A DNA stretch of 64,000 nt. It comes from Marsupella aquatica (taxonomy: Eukaryota > Plantae > Marchantiophyta). Below the pieces are notes generated by a model, which made no database searches, was not told where the DNA came from, and was given only the letters and a program-made list of their open reading frames with translations. A program made the position numbers and the translations under genes. The stretch is from the NCBI GenBank assembly GCA_973895155.1, contig OZ316897.1, positions 18,634,457 through 18,698,456 on the forward strand, written 5' to 3'. This document shows positions 41,295-53,300 of the stretch, piece by piece (position 1 is the stretch's first letter; each line of letters begins with the position of its first letter).

Positions 41295-44200
41295 TCATTT
41301 CCCGGGAACTTTGACATAAGAATCCCGCAAAGTAACTGTCCTGTTGAACACCACCGTCTCAGGAGTTGTATCTCTGTCCACGCAATAGTATCCTGGAGCA
41401 GGGCAAAAATACAAAACACACGCAAACACACGAGACACATAAGAATGCGCAGATAGAAACAAAGAGTTGAAGACTGATGAGCAAACAAACCTATCCATTT
41501 AACAACGGTATAAATCACGCAATCACGTATCCACAAGGATACAGCTGATTGAAATGTCAGTATTTACCCAATCGCTCGAATTGGAATTTACTGCCCACCG
41601 ATGCATGCCTCAATGGTGGTACTGCCATTGCGCCCGTAATGGCTTCTTTTGAGTTTGGATTAATGTCACCCAGCCAATCCTCAAGTTCAGCAGGGTTCTG
41701 TTCAGCAGCGTTCAAAGAGAATCAAATCTAGATGCAAATAACCTGTTCTCTTGTAAGCATGAGAAGTAAAAACAATCTGGAGTCCGAATCATAAGAAGAA
41801 TCCAGATAAATTCATTTTCTTCACGAGGACTTGACTGATTCCAAGACTCCATGAGGATCCAAGACGCTTGATTACATTCACCCATGTGAGAGCACAGAAA
41901 CTCTCTCAAATCTGAAGAGCAACCTCAGATCGACCGAGAAAACAGCATAGACTGCAGGTGGAGGACAACAATTACCTCTGATTTAAAGAGCTTATCGAAA
42001 TTTCGGACCTCAACCTTCAAAGGGTCCACCCCAGGCGCTGGTTCTGCCACCCAGTGAATAACCTGCACAATGTTCAGAACACGAGGTCCTGCATATACTT
42101 AGCACTGCCAGGTATATTCTTCCTCAAATAATAAACTACATGAAAATCGTGAACGAACTGTTATTACTAACCTTCGGTTTGGTACTCTTCAAACGATCAT
42201 ATTCAGCATGAACTTCAAGAATTGTTTCTTTGTCTGCTTTGAAAACCACATTTGTACACTTGATCGGATAAGCATATCTGCGAGAAGGAAGGTAACACGA
42301 TGTCAAAACTCAACCTCTGAAACTGCATCTTCAAATCTCAGTAATCACCTACTCTCACAGGAAGTGCAACATGTTCCTGCCAAACTGGACAGGGATAGGG
42401 GAGACACAAACCTTAACATGACACTTTTGTTTGGAGCTAGTCCATAATAATCTTTGGAGTCCTTTAATCGGAAATCGGACTGTTCAATGTACAGAACTCG
42501 GCTGAATGGGATCTGTCAAAATCAGTTTCTTTAAGTCAAAATCCGGGATTAAGCGCTGTTTTAGACTGATTGATCGGCCCAGGATTCAAATTCCAGGCCT
42601 GTGCATGTTGTGAGCATGGTTACTGTGTGACCTGAGTATCGGGTGCTTGTAAGCCCAACAAAAATTGGAAAAACAAAAAAGCAAAAATTGAATTAAACAC
42701 TCTCCGCAGGGAGATAACCCTTACAACTTGAGAAGAGTTATCACACCTTAAATACTTCCCACCCAGCCAATTGATTATTGTTGTGTCCAAAAGAAAACCT
42801 GGCATCGTACCTTGTAAGTTTCTAGTGATCTATCACCTTCCTTCGCTTCTGGCCAGATTTTTGCCTCCAACTCTTCCACAGTGGCTTCATCCATATTTGT
42901 GATTACCACCTTAAACACATTCAAACCACACTTATAGCAACAATAAAATCTGTAAATATGAGGAATCAAATAAGGGAGCAAGTAGAAGTACAACCAGTGG
43001 AAATGAAAAGCTGGGCCCCGAAAACCAGAAATATCATACATGCAAACTCTTTCTATGGATTCAAGGAATCAGTTGCAACTCTACTCATTGTCCTGCCCTT
43101 GCAGTAGCTTCCATACCAAGACTGGATAGAAGGAACCCATACGAGGAAAGGACAGAACAAGAAGAGATTGAAAATTTCTTCTATAAGGAGGCTGTAAGGG
43201 ATTCACACTGCTTCCAAATCGACGAGAGACTTCGCTTATGGTAGCAATGGAAAACACTCATTCCACCTGCCTTACGAACTTGTCATGATGTTTATCTAGA
43301 ATGTCAATAATCCTTAGTTGAGATGGGCACGCAATTCCTTCCAGATCGATGGTTTAGGTAGACTATTTTCGTGTATGAAAACAAATTTTGTCAGTGCCTT
43401 TACCTTCAAAGGTCGGAGAACAACCATAGTCCGCGGTGCATTTTTGTTTAAGTCATCCCTCATGAAATGCTCCAGAAGCTCAGTTCTTATGAGGTTGTCA
43501 CTGTACAGTAGAATACAACTCTGTAAGAATACCCCTCAATGCAGAGATATTCCAATGGAGCCATACCAGCTCTTTTGAATCAACTTCACGCACCAAATGT
43601 TCCTCTTGTTTTCAGATTACCAATCCTTGAACGAAATTAGAACCACGAGAAAGATTCAGCTAAGATCAGTATCAAGTACCTGCGTGTAATGCCGACACCT
43701 CGACAGAAGGCCTGAATTGCTTCAGGAGAAGCACCTCTCCTTCGCAACCCGGCAAGGGTTATAAGACGGGGATCCTCCCATCCATCCACCCAATTCTCTG
43801 TTACGAGTCTGTTTAACTGCCATAACCACATCTTCTTAGCGGATATGCACCATTTGTCACCAACAAACGGAGAGATCATTTTGGTCTCCCTCGCTGAAAA
43901 ACTACGTCACACTTTATTCTTCATGTCTGAAAGCACGATGCCTAGACTCCGGCATTAGAAGCAAAATTGAACGTCATCAGAGTTGGCATATTCAGAAGTA
44001 GTGTCCCTTTATTTTGTACGATCCAAGCATGGGAATTTACAGGAAAACATCCATGATACACACAGTAGCCTGGAACCAAGAACAGTCATTTGTACAGGTC
44101 GCCAACTAGAAGCAGAAGCTACCTTTCGTTTAGACATGACATTGTTTGTCACGTTCAGACGTGAGTACTCCCAAACATATGGCAGATAAAGGTCCAATGC

Positions 44201-47200
44201 CTCTAACAACCAGTAATATGAAGCTCGGCGTGATTCGAACTCTAATGTACAGAGCTGGAACAACGACAATATAACCAGCTCAGTGAACCGGAATGGCCAA
44301 GAATTAAAACCCATGAGAATATTATCGTCGGCTTACACCTAGTAAAGGCTTGCTTTAAAACTATCACAAAATCATCTATAAGATAGCATAAATCCTATTA
44401 GCTTGTTTCAGTCAAAGCAACATAAATCCCTTCATTTACTTAGTGAAGCCCAAAGGCATTCCAAGACAGGCTTTGAATAATTCACTTACAGAGTGGGAGA
44501 TGTTCTCAAGAGAGTCGACGATGCAATGTGTATAGTCATAACTTGGATAAATGCACCATTTGTCACCAACATGTGGGTGTGGGGAAAACTGAAACTCAAC
44601 AATTTCTCGTCAGCTTGATGTTTCATGAAGCGAAAACGCGAAAAATTCCTGTAGCTCAAGTTTCAGAAATGCTGGAAAAATTATGGAGCCTGTCATGTCA
44701 CGTGCAGTTGGAATGTTACAGATTTATGATTTGCAGGGATACCTTGATTCGGTAAGCAATAAGATCATACATATTGAAGTTGTCATTTTTCATGTCTTGT
44801 TTCATCCTCAGTGTGGCCTTCCCTTCATTAATCAGACCTCGCCGCATATCATCAAAGAGCTTCAGTGACTCTTGTATTGGACGATTTCGCCATGGACTAT
44901 CCATTTTCTTCTCTCTGTATTCCTTGATCTCGTCTGCTGTCTGGCAAGGATGCACGAATATATTCTCATGAGGAAATCGTCTCAAACATCTAGCTTGCCA
45001 AACTGGGGTGCAGCTAAATTCATAGCTATCCGACTGCAAGGTTTACTCGACGAAGCCATCAGGTTCCAAAATCTGCAATTCTCACCTGATGATCAACATA
45101 TGCGCGGTCTCGTTTGATCAACTCTACTGCCAGGTCATATAGCTCCTGAAAGTAATCACTACTGTAGGTTACCTGCAGGATGAACCAGAACAGCGACATT
45201 AGCACCTCGCTTATTGGCAGCAAGAGTCCTATTTTTAAATATCTGTGAAAAGTAATTTGAGGCAACAGCGGAAATACAACCTTGTAAGGTTTCCAGCCCA
45301 TCCAACCAATGATCTCTTGGATATGGTCAATATACTCCTTCTTCTCTGCCTCGGGATTTGTGTCATCAAACCTGTCCGATGATATCCAAATTTGACGAAG
45401 TCACGTCAATGTGTACAACACATGCAAAAGTACTCCAAACTAATATTGCGTACACACACACAACTACAGAAAACTCACAGAGACAGAATTCAACTCATTC
45501 CTAGTAGTATTCGGGGAGTGTTATAATATAGGAAGTGTTATGAAGTTATGCCCGTCTAGCCAAGAAAATGTAAAGTGTTCCATCTTTAGATTAGCTTCTT
45601 CTTGCATGTTTGAGAGCGACTTCAAACATATTAGCCATCCGCCCACCTTAAGTAACAATGTCCTCCACTTGCATGGGCAAGACCAAAATCTACAAACATG
45701 GCCTGCCACACCCACGCGGCAAAAACTATGGATGAATAAGTGGTTGATGTCCAACAAAATCCACTGCCAGAAAATAACTATCAGACACTCTTTAAACCCA
45801 AATTCCATCACACACAAATGAGAGATTCACTCTGCAAATTGCACCGAGTAAGACCTTAAAGGCAGGAACTGGAGGGAAAAGTCGACGCACGCCATTTAGA
45901 TCTGGAAACTCTACTTACCAACAGTAAGACCAATCTAACGTACAGAAGGTTTCAAACATTCGGACGGAGCACCAGCAGATCAGACGCCTTTTCTACTTCA
46001 AATTAAAAAGGTATAGTAGAGGGTATACCTTTGCATGCCCAATGTGCAGATAACCATTGGGCTCTGGAGGGAACCGACTGAAAACTTTCCCACCAGTGAA
46101 CTTTAGATGTTTTTCCAGCCTGTCTTTTGAATTATGGGGTCGCCAGATCGGGCCATCACTGAAAAATATCTCCGTGTGTACCTGAACAAATCCAGACCTG
46201 ACGACCCATTGTCACTATCATCTGACTTTGGTCGCACCTTCCCAGTCCAATACAAAGCATAATGAGGGCCTCGGTCAAAAACAATTTGTAACTTATGTTC
46301 CAAAGACTTACCATGTTGTTTTCCTGCGGTTTGGGGAAGATCGAAAATGGATCACTTTCCTCAACTGGTGCGGTTGAAGCAGTATCTCGACCAGATTGGG
46401 TCACCTCCTGTTAAACGAAGACTTAAATTTCAATGCACGAAGTAACTAAGATTGTGACAGGCGAAACGGAGCGTGTTCCCTTCCCAACTGAGAAACAGCA
46501 TGACATGGTACCTCTGCCTTGGGACCTCCCCTTGGCTTCTTTTCCTTTTTCATCTGGAGGGGCTTCTCATCTTCAGCAGTTTTCTCCCCGAGGAGCTCCT
46601 TTAATTGTGCATCCATTTCCTCCTGCACAAAGTCGACTCCATCGACTCAAGACGCACTCATATGAAAACATCCAGATTCTCTTCCTAGTGAAATTTGCAA
46701 TCTCTTCAAGTTTTGGTTACATGAACAGAAAATACTGCTCACAAAGAACATAATACTTTGGACACAGCTTAAGGACAAAACGAGTCATTCTTGACTTCGC
46801 ATGTTACCTTGACGGTTTTACCGTCGGCCCATGGCTCCAACGCACGAACTTGGCCAAGGAGAATACCGACTGCAAAAATAACAAACACATTGGCGACCGT
46901 ATTTCACGCGATTCTCAGACATTTGAAATGGATCCCTTCCTAATCATTAGGGCCCAATATAGAAATCTGGTGAGTGAATAATAAGAAAACTGACATACCA
47001 TTGACACGGTAGCGCTGTTCCTTTATGAGGTCCTTATTTTTAGTTATGACCGACTTGACGGCATCCCTGATCTCCTCTGGAGACACCTCAATACCTGCAA
47101 AAGCAATGTAAAAATTCCCTTAGATTACCTGTCACAATAGTCACTGTTAAGAATCGCAAAGGGTAGGTCCTCCATGAATAGAACAGCCCACTGGGTACGT

Positions 47201-48278
47201 ACCCACTCCACATGCTTTCTCAAGATCTCCCGCAAGGTATGGTTCGGGGCCAACTTTAGAAAGGAAGGTGAAAGCTGCCTCAACCTGTGGTATGGACTTC
47301 ACCTGCACATTAAACCCATTGCTCAAACAATAAATATAGCAATCATCATAGTATATCTTGCACATACTTAAGACAAGTCGAAACAGTAACGCAAATGGAT
47401 ACTTTAAGAAACCAATGTGGCGCACCTTGCCCTCGGCAACATATTTTAGCAGTACAGGACGATGCTTCAGAGCATTGTTTGGAAACTTGGTTGCAACCTG
47501 TTAAAAAATATATATGAATTAGTGACCAAAACAATTCGTCACTCTGGCCATTTACAAAGTCCAAATGAAAGAAGCCAAACGAGCGGCCTTGACGTCGATC
47601 ACGTTAGTAAGGAGAATTACCGAGTACAGCAGGTTCCCTATTGATCTGTCACACCCGTCCTCTAATCCAGCCTGCAATCAACAAACGAGTGGAGCTCAAT
47701 GAGGATTCCGACCTCTAACCCATCTCAACCAAAACCAGGAATCTACATATCTTCACTGACCACAAATTCGCGTGGAACTAAGTATGTGTAATTTGAAACA
47801 AAAACAAGGCAGAGGACGATTCAGTCGGTAAACAATCACAAAAACCCTAAACCCTACATTCCACGGCAACTGGCAGAAGCCGTTGAACTTGACGTAATAA
47901 ACATATGAAATCTCGCGGTGGCGACTGACGTGACGTGACACACTCTAGATTACTGGATTCCGGAAATGATGCAAGGAAAATTGCACCCATTCAAGGCTCT
48001 GAATTTTCGTTAGCAATGCCAATTCCGGATTCCAGAAAGAGAGGCATGGAATAAACAAACAATATAGAAGATTAAGGGAGAAGCGTGCATATCTCCGGGA
48101 AAGAAAATGCTGAAACAAGAATACTAACCTCACTGATGACGGCTGTGAGATTCGCTGTGACTTTGGCATTGGCGACTGCATTTTGGGCAGTCTTCTCGTC
48201 CAGTCCAATCTTCAGAAAGAGCTGCTTCGCGGCCGAATTCTTCAGCTCCTTCTCGCTTTTCTCATCCGGAGCTGGCAT
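41295..48278 (-). CDS. GlnRS: Cytosolic glutaminyl-tRNA synthetase (class I), multi-exon
   Basis: N-terminal [19 protein letters not shown]; [16 protein letters not shown] (HIGH, ~46030-46090); [10 protein letters not shown]; [10 protein letters not shown]; [16 protein letters not shown]; LRMKQDM; [17 protein letters not shown]; LCTLEF; VWEYSRLNV...VMSKRKL; [16 protein letters not shown]; FQFERLGYY; [12 protein letters not shown]...stop at 41295. Confidence 0.96.
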
Positions 48279-50380
48279 GGTCGCTTCTCGCGCGAGCGCG
48301 CGCAGATCAGATTGATTCGGCGTAAGGGCTCACGCACAGCACAAAATCAGAAGCTCAACGATTGAGCGCCACAAAACCTCTCTGAAGGTGAAAACTCAAA
48401 CTCGACCCATTTTCCGTATCGTCTACGATACATTCAGCAGCACACAGAAGTGATATTATCCCAGCTAGAATGTTTACTAGAATAGTATTATCCCAGAAAA
48501 CTGATACTATAACCTTGTCATCCCAGATGTGCCATACTAAAGCAGTAGTATCCCGGATGTACCCAGCCAAAGGGGTTTCAGAGCCCACGAGCAGGAGTGG
48601 GATCGAAGAAATGGATTACAGAAATTCCTGAGAACAGAGGAGCTGCCGCCCAGGAAAGCACTTTTGATGGGTGCCAGTTATCGCAGCAGAGATGGGTCTC
48701 GAAACACGTGATATGTTCGGCCAGATCGAACAAACCATACGGAGTATTAGAAGGTAGTGAGGTTTCGAGGTCCTCCCAACTCAACTCCTACGAAACTGTG
48801 ATCATCGCTGCTCTGGTCACTGCTTCGCCTGAATTCTTCGCCGGCTGTTCGTCTGCAAAATCCCGAAGGTAGACACTACTCCATGATCCAAGACAGAACC
48901 TGCCAATCTCAATTCTCTGTTGACCGAAAACAAGACCCGCTTCGGTGACTTATTTCACTCTTCCAAAATTCTCGTATTCGTTTGCATGTACTCTCTTCAT
49001 ATCACCAGATTAGGACACTGTGTAAACATTTCTATGCTTTGTAAAAGGTGGTATTTCTTGGGTGGGTGGGGTTTCCAGGCTCGTTTGCTTTTGCAGCCCG
49101 GTACCTCAATTTCTCTTTCTCTGTTGTCTACCATTGAACAACGACAGATTACTTCGACCGTGATTTAACACTGGGCAATTGGTTATTGTCCACGTGAGAA
49201 GCCCTTTTTGAGGTGCGTGCATCATTGGTGTCTCCAGATCGAGCTGTGCCCAGACGAGGTAACTGGCTTGGCTGGTACTTCTTGTTCGCATTCAGAATCT
49301 CGGATCTGATGCTGCTGGTCTGGAGAGTTTTGGAAGGACCTGCCAATTGTTGAAACGGAGCATCGCGTGCGTATCTTTCCTGATCTGGACATCCTCGCGT
49401 GTTCTTCGAGCTTTCCAGCTAGCTATGAGCGGGTTTAGAACCTAATGACAATCCATTTGGGACCTAGGCATCCCCGTAGGCCTCCCCTCGGAATGCAACA
49501 TTCTACCTCAAGAAATTACTCAGAAGGAGAGCTTCGAAGGGAAGGAGGTCCTAGACTCTTCAGAGAGTATTACCCTGCCCGTTGGTGATACTACGTAACC
49601 TTAGCAACTACTTCGCCTTACCGACACAGGTGTTGGCTTCCAAGCTTTGTAGATGACAGTCGATTCACGTCCTTAATCTTTTTGAGAACTTCATCTTTTA
49701 CTGGGTCTTTGAGATGTATGTACCAGTCGAACATCTCTGTCCTCGAGCAGAACCTTGTTTTGTTGACAGTGAGCATATACAAACAATATCTTTGGAACAG
49801 TCATGCTTCTAATTAGAAACAAATGAACTTGGTGATCTGAACTCGGTGGTCATCTTTAGAATTAATTACCAGTTGTGGAGAACGTTTCGATGTCGCTTCC
49901 ACATTTCCTTCCATGGTTTTGCAGATTGACATTCATTGACCCCAACAACGATTTTCGAGTACCTTTGGTCAAAGAATGGTTTCCATTGCCTCACACTGTT
50001 GTTACCTTTTGGAGAATGCTATCGATTGCCTGATCTGTTGTGGAGCATCCTCTCCCAGGTCTCCCCGAGCATCTGGATCTTCCGAAATACATAGACATGT
50101 GTCTCAAGTACTGTAATTCTTCTCTCAACTCCTTCCTTTCGGCATTTTGGTGAAATTTTGAGTGGCTTATTCCTTTCTTCTGGATGGCTCCGAAGACCTC
50201 AGATCTGGCATACTATGTGGATTGAATTATGATGTAGCTTGATGTATCAGAAAATCATGATTCCTTTGATAGTTGTTGACTCGTACCCAAGTCCTTTGGC
50301 ACTAGCATTGCACTTACTCGCAAAGCGCATGTCAAATAGAATTACAATGGTCTCTCGTTTTTGGCGTTTGGTTCTGTCAG

Positions 50381-53300
50381 GTAAACGACTCCTTGTACTT
50401 GCTGCACAAACCGAAAGGCACGAGTCCCAGTATACAGATCTTGTTCTTTCATGGTCTCCAATTTGGACAAGATTATTCCAACGCACATGTTTCAACTTGG
50501 GAAAACCATGATGGTTCTTGCATCTGGCCACAAACGTGGTTGGTTGAGGAGTTTCCCAAGGCTCATATGTTAACTGTGTGTTACACTGAAGGTTTGAAAA
50601 AGAGGTCAAATGGAGGCATGGACATGTACAACATAGGAGAAAACCTGGTATCTGATCTTCTGCTGGAGAATATCGGGTCTTCTTGTCCTGTTGTATTGGT
50701 TGGTCACTCCATTGGCGGATTGGTTATCAAGCAGTTGTGTATCCAAGCACATGATATGCTCCACAGCAGCTCCGAGCCTCAGGCAGCCAAGTTGAAGGCC
50801 TTTCTAAAGAGCATCAAGGGGATATTTTATTATTCAACTCCTCATCAAGGAAGCCCCGTTGCAAACAGATTGAAAGATCTCTTTGGAAATTCTCTCTTGA
50901 TGTACTTTGCATCGCTCAGTACGGACACACAAAGACTCAATTCTAAATTTGACAATATATCCAACGTACATTACCACTGGTTGTTTGCTGGACTCGGTGA
51001 AACTCTCTCTACTGATTTGGTACGAAGTTATTTGAATTGAGCTACAAATTGCACGATGTAATATTGTGTATGCGTGGGTTGCATGTCTGGAAGAAATTCG
51101 ATATGTGAGTCTATTGAGTTCGCGTCAGTTACAGTTCACATTTGAACTGTAACAAGTAGAAATCCAACAATGTAACTGAACAATCCAATGTCATGTTAGT
51201 CAAAGTTTGTGAGCATTGCCATCTATTTCGTCTCAGGTGGAAATTCATGTGATACCTTTGCTTGAGTCCCGTATTTATATGATCAAGTTGCGTGAGTTTT
51301 ATCCTGAAACAAAAATGTGGGTATTAACATTATGTACTGGATTCTGTTGTTGATTTGGTTTGCTTCAAAGTGTTCCTAAGAAGTCTACTAGAGACTCTGC
51401 CTGAAAGGGGTCCAGATTTGTACATCTTCAGAATTTGAATTTGACTGTATACTGTGTTGGGCAGGGACCATTTGTGGGCGACGTTGTACCGGAGGCGTCT
51501 GCAAGGGTAGCTGCCAATTTCAATCTTGTGGAGGGAGCGGATCACTTTTCCATTTGTAGACCAAGAAGCAAAATCGTAAGAAACTTCTCGAAACTTCACA
51601 AATTTATCCACGGGATTGCCAATGACTGGAAGGTAGGATGACTGGACCCTTTACAGCTAGTGAAGCAATGCCTTATTCGTATTGATATCGTCAATATAGC
51701 TTGTTCATGTATGAGTCAAATTTGGAACTTAATGTGCTGATATTCAATGTCGCTGAAAACTCAGGAGGATCATGAGAACGCCACTGCCAGTAAGGTAGAA
51801 CGATTGCCGCTGCCATTCCTGAAAGACCCCAAATATGTGGTATTCCAAACAACCACGATCAGAGTTCAAGAAGCTCTGGAGAGTGAAACGACAGGCCCTG
51901 TGGTCACACTCTGTGGAGGACCGGGACAAGGGAAAACAAGCATGGCAAGATATCTGGCTTTGTATTACCAGACCACGTCCATGCGAACTGAATCATCAAA
52001 AGTTGTTCAAAATGAAGAGTTTGCTTGCAAGGATTTGGCTTCCAGTAGATTTGTAGACGGGGTAGTCTTCTTGCCATGCGGTCCGAACATGAATAGCAAA
52101 GACCTCCTATTCAAACTTTGGGAAATTTTGGGCTACCAGCGTCTCCCGTTGATGGGAGTTATGCACGGCCATGCAAGTTCCAGTACTGTGATGGAACAAG
52201 TCTTCGTAACTGAGTCATTACTATCCAATGAGCTCACAAGAAGGCTTTCGACTCAAAAGCTTTTGATTATACTTGATGATGTCTGGGAAGCCGCGCTGGT
52301 AGAGAGGCTATTGTTTCCTGGGCAATGGCTGAGATATTTAATCACTACGCAGATACCACAATTGTGGAATGATGCTAGATGTGAGCAGATCCCGTTGGAT
52401 TGTCCAACTTCACAGGAGGCAAACCAAATTCTCACAAACCATGTATATGGGAGACCCAAAGACATCACGCCACCATTGCAGGTAAGATCCTTATTCATAT
52501 TCAAATTTTGCCTTGCGGTATAGAATGATCGCACTTTTTGTTTGACAGTCACTTCGAGTTAAGTGGATGTTGTTACCCAGAATTTAAAATGGAAGGCAAT
52601 TTCAAGATATGGAGGTAACCTCTGTGAGCATGTGTGTGGCAGGAGGCAATTGATTCAATTGTTGAGAAGGCAGATCGTCACCCTTTGGTGCTTGCCAACA
52701 TGGCTTCAAATATACTTGCAAGTATTCAAGGCAAAGATGTTGATGAATTGGTAGAATGGAAAAACATCGTAGAGTATTTTGATGATCTAATCCAGGATGA
52801 TGCTTCCAGCTCCCCCGTTGTTTTATTTAATCACACATACCCAAAAACCATGAAAGCTTCAATGACATTGGCCTTGAGTTCTCTTTCAGAGCACGCTCAA
52901 ACTCTATTGTTGGTGGCCTCAATATTTGACAGCCAACCAGTTCTAGTTCCTGAAGTGGTATTTAAACTCTTTTTTCGAAGGCTCCATTGTACTTTGGCCA
53001 AGTTTTCGAGATGCTCCAAGCACTTGCAAAACAACAACTTTGTCCAAATCGATAGTAAAGATCTTCCATGGAGTGCCATCCCTGAGAAGACCTGGTCATT
53101 ACATGCTATGCGGCAAACGTTTATCGAGATACTCAAAGGGAGTGAAGTGAAATCAATGGGTGACATGTTTTTGGAATGCAAGACAGAGGAGGACATTCTT
53201 ATTGAATTGCTACTGCTTTACGGGCAAGAGCAATGGCGTGACCAAGCAGCAAACAAATTAGGGGTCCCAAAGAGCATGCAATTAGGTCCCATCAAATCTT

